A stretch of 32,000 nucleotides of DNA from Streptomyces sasae (lineage in GTDB: Bacteria; Actinomycetota; Actinomycetes; Streptomycetales; Streptomycetaceae), in the NCBI RefSeq assembly GCF_032656605.1, contig NZ_JAUYWK010000003.1, forward strand, positions 393,411-425,410, written 5' to 3'. Position 1 is the stretch's first letter. Each line of letters starts with the position of its first letter. The notes beneath the pieces were generated by a model. It saw nothing but the letters and a program-made list of their open reading frames with translations, made no database searches and was not told where the DNA came from. This document shows, piece by piece, positions 1-8,362 of this stretch. The position numbers were made by a program, and so were the translations under genes.

Positions 1-2
1 TG

Positions 3-1370
3 ATACTCAGCGGATGCGGGCGGGACTCGCACGACGTCAAGGCGGCCGCCGTCGGTGTGCCGGCGCTCGACCCGTTCTTCGACGAGGGCCAGGGGGTCGG
101 CCACGACAAACAGGCCCCTTCACTGCCGGTGCGCGGCAACCTGCAGCAGGGGGACGCGCCCGGTCTCTACGGGGGAACCCGGCAGCCGACGATCTGCGAC
201 GTCGAGAAACTCAAGAAATTCCTCACCGATCCCGCGAATCACCGCAAGGCACAGGCATGGGCCGGTGTCTTCAAAATCTCGACCGAACACATTCCTGATT
301 TTCTCGACCGACTCACTCCGGTACTCCTGCGTCACGACACCCTCGTGAAAAACCACGATTACAAAAGCGGCACCGCAGTGTCCTACGACTCCCTGCTCCA
401 GGCCGGAATCGCCGTTCTCGTCGATCAGCAGGGACAGCCCGCCGTGAAGTGCTCGTGCGGAAATCCGCTGCGGCCTTTCAAGGGCGACGCCGGCCGCATC
501 AAGGTCGACTTCGAGCACGGCAACAAGGTGTGGCCGGGGTACGACGAGCACGAGGTGACGGCGGTACGACCCGCCGCGCGGCCGCTGAGGCAACTCGCGC
601 TCGTCGATGTCGCCGACCCCGAGCGGGGCTTCGAGCGGCCGGTCGGCACGACGGGCTCGCACGACACCGTGTTCGGCACCGGCGAGCAGCATGCCGTCCC
701 CGATGTCGTCGGCCTGTCCTTCGGCGCGGCGAGCGGACGGCTCTCCGGCGCGGGGCTGGCCGCCGCCTACGACAGTGCCGAGCCGCCGCCCGACGACGCC
801 CGGGTACTGGCCTCGGACCCGGTGGCGGGGACACGGCTGACGTTCGGGGAGTACGTCACCCTGCGGGTGGCCGGGGGCACGAGCGGCGACGAGTCCGGCG
901 GATCGTCGTCCTCCGGACCCGTGGGAGGGGAGAACTCGGGGTCCTCGTCGTCATCGGATCCGACGTCTCCGGTTCCGGATGCGGGGTCCTCGTCGTCATC
1001 GGATCCGGGGTCCTCGTCATCGGATCCGGGGTCCTCGTCGTCGGATCCGGGGTCCCCGTCATCGTCGTCCTCGTCGCCGTCGGGGGTGTCTTCGTCGGAC
1101 ACGCCGTCGGACTCCGGTACGCCGTCCCGTGCGTCCTCGCCCCTCGCTTCGGGTCCGCTGCCGCCCTCGGACCCGCCCTCCTCCGCCTACCAGGGGGCCT
1201 CCCCCGCCCCGCCGGCCTCCTCGGATCCACCGCCGGACTCGGCTTCCGCGCGCCCGCCGGACTCCCCGTCCGTCAGCCACAGCGCCACCGGCCCTTCTCC
1301 GTCGGGAACGGAACCGGCCGCGCCCGGCGAACCGGTGCCGGCGGACGGTACCGGCTCCGACACCACGTGA
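3..1370 (+). CDS. Secreted lipoprotein (5' end outside window) with PASTA-like domain and Ser/Pro-rich C-terminal tail
   Basis: Frame 3 is open from nt 3. Codons at nt 3-17 read I-L-S-G-C, a lipobox (L-S-G-C), so the signal peptide lies upstream of the window. GC3 is high. The segment VPDVVGLSFGAASGRLSGAGL...LTFGEYVTLRV resembles a PASTA fold. The last ~150 aa are S/P/D/G low complexity. Stop TGA at 1368-1370. Confidence 0.75.
   Translation: MLSGCGRDSHDVKAAAVGVPALDPFFDEGQGVGHDKQAPSLPVRGNLQQGDAPGLYGGTRQPTICDVEKLKKFLTDPANHRKAQAWAGVFKISTEHIPDFLDRLTPVLLRHDTLVKNHDYKSGTAVSYDSLLQAGIAVLVDQQGQPAVKCSCGNPLRPFKGDAGRIKVDFEHGNKVWPGYDEHEVTAVRPAARPLRQLALVDVADPERGFERPVGTTGSHDTVFGTGEQHAVPDVVGLSFGAASGRLSGAGLAAAYDSAEPPPDDARVLASDPVAGTRLTFGEYVTLRVAGGTSGDESGGSSSSGPVGGENSGSSSSSDPTSPVPDAGSSSSSDPGSSSSDPGSSSSDPGSPSSSSSSPSGVSSSDTPSDSGTPSRASSPLASGPLPPSDPPSSAYQGASPAPPASSDPPPDSASARPPDSPSVSHSATGPSPSGTEPAAPGEPVPADGTGSDTT
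938..1075 (+). repeat. Imperfect tandem repeat (21-24 nt unit GGGGTCCTCGTCGTCATCGGATCC) encoding SSSSDPG repeats inside the lipoprotein gene
   Basis: Unit copies read directly at 938-961, 983-1006, 1007-1027 and 1028-1048, with a degenerate copy after 1049. In frame with the CDS. Confidence 0.8.
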
Positions 1371-1404
1371 CACCGCACGCGAACGCGAACCCGGGAGTGA
1401 CTGG

Positions 1405-3279
1405 ATGGGCGAAGGAACCCCTGTGTCAGGAGACGGCCGGGTCATCGGCGGCCGGTACGTACTGCTGAAGCAGCTGGGCAGCGGCGGTATGGGGCATGTC
1501 TGGCTCGCTCACGACCCGGTCCTGGAGTGCGAGGTCGCGCTGAAGGAGCTGGTGCTGCAGGGTCCGGACGAGCAGGAACGCGCCGACCGGGTGGCGCGGG
1601 CCCGGGCGGAGGCGCGGCACGCGGCCGGGCTGCGCGGGAATCCGCATGTGGTGACCGTGCACGACGTGCTGGAGCACGACGGGCTGCCGTGGATCGTGAT
1701 GGAGTACGTGCCGGACGCGGTCGATCTGCGGGTGCTGGTGGGGCGGGGCGGCCCGTTGCCGCCCGCCGAGTGCGCCCGGATCGGCCTCGCCGTCCTGGAC
1801 GCGCTGACGGCCGGACACCAGCGGGGTCTGATGCACCGGGACGTGAAACCGGCGAACATCCTGCTGGCGCCCGACCGTACCGGGGCGCCGTATGCCCGTG
1901 TCCTGCTGACGGACTACGGCATCTCGGTGCAGCCGTACGGCGGCGAGACCCGGTACACGCAGCCGTCGGCGCTGGTCGGGACGGCGGGGTATGTGGCGCC
2001 GGAGCGGGTCATGGCCGGGCCGCCCACGCCGGCCGCCGATCTGTTCTCGCTGGGGTGCACGCTGTACCACGCGGTGGAGGGGCGGCGGCCGTTCGAGCGG
2101 GGTTCGGACTACTCGGAGATCTCCGCCGCGGTGACGGACGAGCCCTGTCCGCCGGTGCGGGCGGGTGCGCTGGCGCCGGTGCTGCTCGCGCTGCTCGTCA
2201 AGGATCCGGAGCGGCGGATGTCGGCGGTGGAGGCCGAGGCCGCGCTGTCGCTTATCGTGTCGTCGCAGGCGGATGCGTACGTCCGTACGCGCACCGATCC
2301 GGGTTCCGCACCGCCCTGGGGCGACGCACCGGAGGTGCCCGGCTTCGGAGCGCCCGACGTCGTGTCGAGCCCGGTCCCGTCGCCTGCTCCCCGGCCCGAC
2401 GCCCCGGCCGACCCCCCGTCCGGCCACCGCCCCGGCCACCGCCCCGGCCACCGGCGCGGTCCGTACCCGCATGCCCTGCGTGCCGCCATCGCCGCCGCCC
2501 TGGGGCTGGTGCTGGCCGGGGCCGGGATCTGGTGGGCGATCTCGCACGAGAGCCACGGTTCAGCGGCCGGGCCGCCGTACGGCAGCCTGGTGGGCCTTGC
2601 GCAGCCCCTCAAGGGCGGTGACTGTGTGGTCGCCGAGTGGTCCAGCGGGACGCGTTTCGTGGGCACCCCGACCCTCACCGTCGACCCGACCTGCGCGGAC
2701 AGGGCGCCGGACGGCCAGGTGATGACGTTCGTGCCGGTGGCCTCCGCCTCGGAGGCTCGTGAGAAGGGGCCCGCCGGGTGCGAGGAGCGGACCAGGGAGC
2801 TGCGCGGCAAGCTCGCGGATGTGCGGCCCGTCGCCGTCGTACCGAGCGGGGACGGGTTCGAGGCGACCGGAGGGCGGGTGGCCTGTCTGGTGCTGGGGGC
2901 GCACGGACCCGTCTACGGGCCACTCGACGGGTACCGCACGATGGGGGCCTCGTTCGTGGGCAACGCCACCATGCAGAAGCGGGACTGTCTCCGGCTGCCG
3001 CCCAGGCGGACCGCTGAGCTCGTCTCCTGCTCGGGGCCGCACGACGAGGAGGTGCTCGGGTTCACGCGGCTGGCCGCCGACCTGACGCTGGCCAAAGCGG
3101 GGAAACAGCAGGACCAGGCGTGCGCACGGGACGTACCGCCCCAGGAGTACGGATTCGATCCTTCCGTGTACGAGGCGCACTCCTGGACGAGTCAGGCCAC
3201 GTGGACGGCCGGCTTTCATTTCGCCGTCTGCACCGTCCGGAAGCAGAACGGGGGCACCATGGAGGGGGACGGACCCTGA
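1405..3279 (+). CDS. Membrane Ser/Thr protein kinase (Hanks type) with Cys-rich extracytoplasmic C-terminal domain
   Basis: Motifs: G-loop LGSGGMGHVW, VALKEL lysine, HRDVKPANILL catalytic loop, DYG (DFG variant), GTAGYVAPE. Pro-rich linker, TM helix AIAAALGLVLAGAGIWWAI, then ~230 aa with several Cys. ATG 1405 chosen because the kinase domain starts ~10 aa later and GGGAG lies upstream. The 979 start in the ORF track runs through Arg-rich out-of-context sequence that overlaps the upstream gene. Confidence 0.9.
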   Translation: MGEGTPVSGDGRVIGGRYVLLKQLGSGGMGHVWLAHDPVLECEVALKELVLQGPDEQERADRVARARAEARHAAGLRGNPHVVTVHDVLEHDGLPWIVMEYVPDAVDLRVLVGRGGPLPPAECARIGLAVLDALTAGHQRGLMHRDVKPANILLAPDRTGAPYARVLLTDYGISVQPYGGETRYTQPSALVGTAGYVAPERVMAGPPTPAADLFSLGCTLYHAVEGRRPFERGSDYSEISAAVTDEPCPPVRAGALAPVLLALLVKDPERRMSAVEAEAALSLIVSSQADAYVRTRTDPGSAPPWGDAPEVPGFGAPDVVSSPVPSPAPRPDAPADPPSGHRPGHRPGHRRGPYPHALRAAIAAALGLVLAGAGIWWAISHESHGSAAGPPYGSLVGLAQPLKGGDCVVAEWSSGTRFVGTPTLTVDPTCADRAPDGQVMTFVPVASASEAREKGPAGCEERTRELRGKLADVRPVAVVPSGDGFEATGGRVACLVLGAHGPVYGPLDGYRTMGASFVGNATMQKRDCLRLPPRRTAELVSCSGPHDEEVLGFTRLAADLTLAKAGKQQDQACARDVPPQEYGFDPSVYEAHSWTSQATWTAGFHFAVCTVRKQNGGTMEGDGP

Positions 3280-3292
3280 GGAGGGTGTCGCG

Positions 3293-3484
3293 ATGCCCGG
3301 TTCTGCGAACGGTTCGAACGGTTCCAACGGCTCCACCAAGGCGATGGGGGTGCTCACCGTCGGCGGTCTCGTGGTGGTGACGGCCTACACGGTGGCGCTC
3401 GGCAGCAACGGCTGGCTGTGGTTCGGGTGGGTGGTGCTGGGGCTGCTGACGCTGGCGATGGTGATGACCCAGCAGAACGGCTGA
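3293..3484 (+). CDS. Small (63 aa) two-helix membrane protein with NGS repeats, unknown function
   Basis: GAGGAGG lies 7-8 nt before ATG 3293 and 13 nt after the kinase stop. Two hydrophobic helices (VLTVGGLVVVTAYTVAL, WLWFGWVVLGLLTLAMVM). Good GC3. Confidence 0.6.
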   Translation: MPGSANGSNGSNGSTKAMGVLTVGGLVVVTAYTVALGSNGWLWFGWVVLGLLTLAMVMTQQNG

Positions 3485-3488
3485 CCGC

Positions 3489-4697
3489 TCAGTCCGTCGT
3501 CAGGCGGGCGGTCCGGTGCACTCCGGGCTGGTACTTGGGCAGCCGGGCGGTGATCTTCATGCCCGCGCCTGGGGCGGTCTCGATGACGAGGCCGTGGTCG
3601 TCGCCGTAGACCTGGCGGAGCCGGTCGTCGACGTTGGACAGGCCGATGCCGCCCGAGGGGCTGGTCTCGCCGGCCAGGATGCTGCGCAGCAGCACGGGGT
3701 CCATGCCGGCGCCGTCGTCCTCGATGACGACCAGGGCCTCGGCGCCCGTGTCCTGGGCGGTGATCTGGATGTGGCAGGTGCCGGTCTTGCCCTCCAGGCC
3801 GTGTTTGACGGCGTTCTCGACGAGGGGCTGGAGGCAGAGGAAGGGCAGGGTGACCGGGAGCACCTCGGGGGCGATCTGGAGGGTGACCGTGAGGCGGTCG
3901 CCGAACCGGGCCCGGACGAGCGCCAAGTAGTGGTCGATGGCATGGAGTTCGTCGGCGAGGGTGGTGAAGTCGCCGTGCCTGCGGAACGAGTAGCGGGTGA
4001 AGTCGGCGAACTCCAGGAGCAGTTCGCGGGCGCGCTCGGGGTCGGTGCGTACGAACGAGGCGATCACCGCGAGCGAGTTGAAGATGAAGTGGGGGGAGAT
4101 CTGGGCGCGCAGGGCGCGGATCTCGGCCTCGATGAGGCGGGTCCGGGAGCGGTCGAGGTCGGCCAGCTCCAGTTGGACGCTGACCCAGCGGGCGACCTCG
4201 CCGGCCGCCCGGACCAGCACGGCGGACTCGCGCGGGGCGCAGGCGACCAGGGCGCCGTGGACCCGGTCGTCGACGGTGAGGGGGGCGATCACGGCCCAGC
4301 GGACCGGGCAGTCGGGCACCTCGCAGTGCAGCCGGAAGGCCTCGCCGCGGCCGGACTCCAGCGGTCCGGCGAGGCGTTCCATGATCTCGGTGCGGTGGTG
4401 GCCGCCGACGCCGTCCCAGACCAGCAGGCTCTCGTGGTCGGTGAGACAGAGGGCGTCGGTGCCGAGCAGGGTGCGCAGCCGGCGGGCCGACCGGCGGGCG
4501 GTCTCCTCGGTGAGGCCCGCGCGGAGCGGGGGTGCGGCCAGGGACGCGGTGTGCAGGGTCTCGAAGGTGGCGTACTCGACGGGGGTGCCGAGGCCGCCGC
4601 CGAGGCCCTCGGGGCGCGCGGTGCGGCGGCCCAGCCAGAAACCAGCGGCGAGCAGCGGGAGTACGGCGACCAGGAGGCCGGCCAGGAAACCGGTCAC
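3489..4697 (-). CDS. LytS/YehU-family sensor histidine kinase (single N-terminal TM, GAF-like domain, His_kinase + HATPase)
   Basis: Motifs: ISPHFIFNSLAVIASFV (LytS-type phosphoacceptor box), LQPLVENAVKHG (N box), IEDDGAGMD (G1), GGIGLSNV (G2). Only one hydrophobic helix, at the N-terminus. GTG start at 4697. Confidence 0.88.
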   Translation of the reverse strand: MTGFLAGLLVAVLPLLAAGFWLGRRTARPEGLGGGLGTPVEYATFETLHTASLAAPPLRAGLTEETARRSARRLRTLLGTDALCLTDHESLLVWDGVGGHHRTEIMERLAGPLESGRGEAFRLHCEVPDCPVRWAVIAPLTVDDRVHGALVACAPRESAVLVRAAGEVARWVSVQLELADLDRSRTRLIEAEIRALRAQISPHFIFNSLAVIASFVRTDPERARELLLEFADFTRYSFRRHGDFTTLADELHAIDHYLALVRARFGDRLTVTLQIAPEVLPVTLPFLCLQPLVENAVKHGLEGKTGTCHIQITAQDTGAEALVVIEDDGAGMDPVLLRSILAGETSPSGGIGLSNVDDRLRQVYGDDHGLVIETAPGAGMKITARLPKYQPGVHRTARLTTD

Positions 4698-4746
4698 GGC
4701 CTCCCCCCGGGAGACGGCGGCGCGGTCTCGCCTCGGAGGGACGCGG

Positions 4747-6459
4747 TCACGCCTTGACCTCCGCGTGCAGCTCTTCCGGCAGGTGGAAGCGGGCCAGGAT
4801 CGCGGCCGTTCCGGGCGGCACCCGGCTCGCGGTCGCGAGGGACACCAGGATCATGGTGAGGAAGCCGAGCGGCACCGACCAGAGGGCCGGCCACGCGAGC
4901 AGGGCGTGCAGGTTCCCGGTGCCCGGGAAGTCGGCCATCGTCGCGGCCACCGCGCAGAACGCCGAGCCGCCCCCGACCAGCATCCCGGCGGCCGCGCCGG
5001 GCGGGGTCAGCCGCCGCCACCAGATGCCGAGAACCAGCAACGGGCAGAAGGAGGAGGCCGATACGGCGAAGGCGAGCCCGACGGCGTCGGCCACCGGCAG
5101 CCCGCCCACCAGCACGCTGGCCGCGAGCGGTACGGCCATCGCCAGCACGGTCCCGAGTCTGAAGTGCCGTACGCCGCGTGACGGGAGGACGTCCTGGGTG
5201 AGGACTCCGGCGACCGCCATGGTGAGCCCGGAGGCGGTGGAGAGGAACGCGGCGAAGGCGCCGCCCGCCACCAGCGCGCCGAGCAGCTCGCCGCCGACGC
5301 CGCCGACGACCCGGTCGGGCAGCAGCAGGACGGCGGCGTCCGCGTCTCCGGTGAGGGTGAGTTCCGGGGTGTAGAGGCGGCCGAGGGCGCCGTAGACGGG
5401 TGGCAGGAGGTAGAAGAGGCCGATCAGGGCGAGGACGGCGACCGTGGTGCGGCGGGCGGCGACGCCGTGCGGGCTGGTGTAGAAGCGGACGACGACATGG
5501 GGCAGGCCCATGGTGCCGAGGAAGGTGGCGAGGATCAGTCCGTACGTGGCGTACAGCGGGCGTTCCTCGCGGCTCTCGGCGAGCGAGGTGGACATGCCGC
5601 CGTTGGTGCCGCGGTCGGTGGCGGGGACGCGGGTACCCTCGGCGAAGGTCAGCCGGGCGCCGGCGGCGATGCGGTGGGTGCCCTCGGGGAGGGTGACCCT
5701 GGCATCCTCACGCGGGCGGCCGTCCACCGTGCCGGTGACGGTGATCGTGAGGGGGCGGTCGAGTCTGAGGGCGAGGGTGTCCTGGACGTCGACGGTGCGC
5801 CGGTCGCGGAAGGTGGCGGGCTCGTCGAAGGCGTGGGTGGGGGCGCCGGCGCCCTGCCAGGCGAGGACCAGGAAGAGGGCGGGGACGAGGAGCGCGGTGA
5901 GCTTCAGCCAGTACTGGAAGGCCTGGACGAAGGTGATGCTGCGCATCCCCCCGGCGGCGACCGTGGCCACGACGACGACGGCCACGATGAGGCCGCCGAG
6001 CTCGTCCGGGGCGCCGGTGAGCACCGCCAACGTCAGCCCCGCGCCCTGCAGTTGCGGCAGCAGGTACAGCCAGCCGACGCCCACGACGAACGCCCCGGCG
6101 AGCCGTCGTACCGCCTGTGAGGCGAGCCGGGCCTCGGCGAAGTCGGGGAGGGTGTAGGCGCCGGAGCGGCGCAGCGGGGCGGCCACGAAGAGGAGCAGCA
6201 CCAGGTAGCCGGCCGTGTAGCCGACCGGGTACCAGAGCATGTCCGGGCCCTGGACGAGGACCAGGCCCGCGATGCCCAGGAAGGAGGCGGCGGAGAGGTA
6301 CTCGCCGCTGATCGCGGCCGCGTTGAGGCGGGGGCCGACGGTGCGCGAGGCGACGTAGAAGTCGGATGTCGTACGGGAGATGCGCAGGCCGAAGGCGCCG
6401 ACCAGGACGGTCGCGACGACGACGAGGGCGACGGCCGGGACTGCGTACCGGGAGTTCAT
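4747..6459 (-). CDS. Sodium:solute symporter family transporter (ActP-like cation/acetate symporter)
   Basis: 570 aa and polytopic. Sits directly after a DUF485 gene, as in yjcH-actP. SSS-type helices, plus a ~100 aa hydrophilic insertion (FDEPATFRDRRTVDV...AESREERP). ATG at 6459. Confidence 0.85.
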   Translation of the reverse strand: MNSRYAVPAVALVVVATVLVGAFGLRISRTTSDFYVASRTVGPRLNAAAISGEYLSAASFLGIAGLVLVQGPDMLWYPVGYTAGYLVLLLFVAAPLRRSGAYTLPDFAEARLASQAVRRLAGAFVVGVGWLYLLPQLQGAGLTLAVLTGAPDELGGLIVAVVVVATVAAGGMRSITFVQAFQYWLKLTALLVPALFLVLAWQGAGAPTHAFDEPATFRDRRTVDVQDTLALRLDRPLTITVTGTVDGRPREDARVTLPEGTHRIAAGARLTFAEGTRVPATDRGTNGGMSTSLAESREERPLYATYGLILATFLGTMGLPHVVVRFYTSPHGVAARRTTVAVLALIGLFYLLPPVYGALGRLYTPELTLTGDADAAVLLLPDRVVGGVGGELLGALVAGGAFAAFLSTASGLTMAVAGVLTQDVLPSRGVRHFRLGTVLAMAVPLAASVLVGGLPVADAVGLAFAVSASSFCPLLVLGIWWRRLTPPGAAAGMLVGGGSAFCAVAATMADFPGTGNLHALLAWPALWSVPLGFLTMILVSLATASRVPPGTAAILARFHLPEELHAEVKA

Positions 6460-6508
6460 CCGGCCTCGTCCCGGCGGGAGTTCAGGACCGGTGCGGGCAT
6501 GCGACGGC

Positions 6509-6868
6509 TCATCGGTCCTCGACGAGGCGGACGAAGTCCTCCTCGTTGCGTTCGGCGCGGCGCACGTACCAGCGGGCGAGCAGGATCAGCGGGGCGTAGA
6601 GGCAGAAGCCGAGCACCAGCCACTCCAGGCGGCGCGCCTCGGGGGCGGCCGCGAAGACCAGCGGGAGCGGGCCGACGAGGAACACGAGGACCGCGAACAC
6701 GACCAGAGCGGCCCGGAGTTGGGTGCGCATGAGGGAGCGGACATAGGTGTGGCCGAGGGTGGTCTGCTCGTCGATCTCGGTGCGCGGCCGGTAGTAGCCG
6801 GAGGTACGGCGGCTGCGGCGCGGCGGGCCGGTGACGGTGACACGGCGCTCGGCGGGGTCCGCGGGCAT
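6509..6868 (-). CDS. DUF485 (YjcH-like) small inner-membrane protein
   Basis: 119 aa from ATG 6868. Two TM helices (LRAALVVFAVLVFLVGPLPLVF, WLVLGFCLYAPLILLARWY). Start is 2 nt after the regulator stop. The longer 6509..7657 ORF is an Arg/Pro-rich artefact. Confidence 0.8.
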   Translation of the reverse strand: MPADPAERRVTVTGPPRRSRRTSGYYRPRTEIDEQTTLGHTYVRSLMRTQLRAALVVFAVLVFLVGPLPLVFAAAPEARRLEWLVLGFCLYAPLILLARWYVRRAERNEEDFVRLVEDR

Positions 6869-6870
6869 CG

Positions 6871-7620
6871 TCAGACCCTCCTCATCAGCAGGTCCCGCAG
6901 TTCGCGTGCGTGGCGCCGGCTCACCTGGAGTTCCTCGTCGCCGACCAGGACGCTCACCGTGCCCGCGTCCAGGCGGAGTTCGCCGATGTGGCGCAGGGCG
7001 ACGAGGTGGCGGCGGTGGATGCGGACGAAGCCTCGGGAGCGCCAGCGGTCCTCCAGCGTGGACAGGGGGATGCGGACGAGGTGGCTGCCGCGGTCGGTGT
7101 GGAGGCGGGCGTAGTCCCCCTGGGCCTCGACGTGGGTGATGTCGTCCACGGCCACGAACCGTGTGACACCGCCGAGTTCGACCGGGATCTGGTCGGGGTC
7201 GGGTTCGTGCACGGATATCCGGGGTGCGGCGCCGCGCACTTCGGCGGCCCGGCGTACCGCTTCCGCGAGGCGTTCCTTCCGTACCGGCTTCAGGACGTAG
7301 TCGACCGCCTTGAGGTCGAAGGCCCGCACCGCGAAGTCCTCGTGGGCGGTGACGAAGACGACCAGCGGGGGCCGGGCGAAGCCGGTGAGGAGGCGGGCCA
7401 TCTCCAGGCCGTCCAGGCCCGGCATCTGGACGTCGAGGAAGACGACGTCGATCGCCTCGGGGCCCTGTGGTCCGGACTCCAGGGCGCGGGTGATGCGGCG
7501 CAGCGCCTCGGTGGCGTCCCCGGCGCCCTCGACACTGCCGATCCGCGGATCGGCGTTGAGTAAGTAGAGAAGCTCCTCCAGCGAGGGGCGTTCGTCGTCG
7601 ACGGCGAGGGCGCGCAGCAT
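6871..7620 (-). CDS. LytR/AlgR-family response regulator (REC + LytTR DNA-binding domain)
   Basis: MLRALAVDDERPSLEELL...DVVFLDVQMPGLDG...VFVTAHEDFAVRAF (receiver domain), then FVAVDDITHVEAQGDYARLHT...FVRIHRRHLV (LytTR). ATG at 7620. Confidence 0.9.
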   Translation of the reverse strand: MLRALAVDDERPSLEELLYLLNADPRIGSVEGAGDATEALRRITRALESGPQGPEAIDVVFLDVQMPGLDGLEMARLLTGFARPPLVVFVTAHEDFAVRAFDLKAVDYVLKPVRKERLAEAVRRAAEVRGAAPRISVHEPDPDQIPVELGGVTRFVAVDDITHVEAQGDYARLHTDRGSHLVRIPLSTLEDRWRSRGFVRIHRRHLVALRHIGELRLDAGTVSVLVGDEELQVSRRHARELRDLLMRRV

Positions 7621-7731
7621 GAACGGAGTGTAGGCGGCTCGGCGGGGCGCTGGACATGTACCGGACGTGGACGTTCGCGCCGGATGAAGTGGTGCTCCTG
7701 AACCGTCTGCGCGCGTGGATACAGTGCGCAC

Positions 7732-8217
7732 ATGAACAGCGGCACCGTCCCGTTCGACGAACTCGACCGGAAGATCACCACCGCGCTGATGGCGAACGCG
7801 CGGACCAGTTTCGCCGAGATCGGCGCGGCCGTCGGGCTCTCCGCCACCGCTGTGAAGCGGCGGGTCGACCGGTTGCGCGAGACCGGTGTGATCACCGGGT
7901 TCACGGCCACCGTCAAGCCGTCGGCGCTCGGCTGGCGCACGGAGGCGTACGTCGAGGTGTACTGCGAGGGCGCGGCCCCGCCCAGGAGGCTCGCGGAGGT
8001 GGTCCGCAACCATCCGGAGATCACCGCGGCCATGACGGTGACCGGGGGCGCGGACGCCCTGCTGCACGTGCGGGCGCGGGACGTGGACCACTTCGAGGAG
8101 GTGCTGGAGCGGATCCGCGTCGAGCCGTTCATCCGGAAGACGATCAGCGTGATGGTGCTGTCGCACCTGCTCCCGGAGAGCCCGGAGGCGGGCGCGACAC
8201 AGCCCGTGCCCGAGTAA
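7732..8217 (+). CDS. Lrp/AsnC-family transcriptional regulator
   Basis: N-terminal HTH (LDRKITTALMANARTSFAEIGAAVGLSATAVKRRVDRLRETGVI) followed by an AsnC/RAM-type C-terminal domain. 161 aa. Confidence 0.9.
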   Translation: MNSGTVPFDELDRKITTALMANARTSFAEIGAAVGLSATAVKRRVDRLRETGVITGFTATVKPSALGWRTEAYVEVYCEGAAPPRRLAEVVRNHPEITAAMTVTGGADALLHVRARDVDHFEEVLERIRVEPFIRKTISVMVLSHLLPESPEAGATQPVPE

Positions 8218-8340
8218 ACGCATCAATGCTGCGTTTGTACGATCGGATACGCAGTATTCCTGCATAGATGCGCAACATTTATTTCTTGTCGTGCGGATCT
8301 GTCGCTTTCTACCTTGGTGTCAACCCTCAGTCGACACCGC
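8216..8340. promoter_or_regulatory. AT-rich intergenic region with TGCG/CGCA inverted repeats (candidate lrp terminator and/or Lrp operator for the downstream operon)
   Basis: Perfect inverted repeat AAACGCA (8216-8222) / TGCGTTT (8230-8236) overlapping the lrp stop. Imperfect inverted repeat TACGCAG-N5-CTGCATA at 8248-8266. Locally far more AT-rich than the surroundings. Confidence 0.4.
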
Positions 8341-8362
8341 AGGAAAGCGGAGGAACACCTCT

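Noticed and set aside
938-1075. Repeat array considered as a possible CRISPR
   Set aside because: The units are directly tandem without spacers and lie in frame inside a CDS, where they encode SSSSDPG. No cas genes are present in the window.
449-1468. Long alternative-frame ORFs over the lipoprotein gene and its S/P-rich tail (449..1468 +, 767..1102 -, 856..1230 -, 1059..1445 -), plus the 979 start of the kinase ORF
   Set aside because: The translations are Arg/Gly/Pro- or Asp-rich low complexity with the wrong third-position bias. They overlap a frame that has clear domain content. The kinase domain begins right after ATG 1405.
1426-2556. Large antisense or shadow ORFs opposite real genes (for example 1426..2556 -, 3516..4757 +, 9144..10586 -, 10573..12354 -, 13156..14877 +, 17370..19073 +, 24780..25796 +)
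   Set aside because: These are typical high-GC shadow frames. They are Arg/Gly/Pro/Ala dominated and have no motifs, and the opposite strand encodes well-recognised proteins.
6509-8265. Extended ORFs 6509..7657 and 6871..8265 suggesting 382-aa and 464-aa proteins
   Set aside because: Only the C-terminal 119 aa (DUF485) and 249 aa (REC+LytTR) have sensible composition. The extensions overlap neighbouring genes in other frames.
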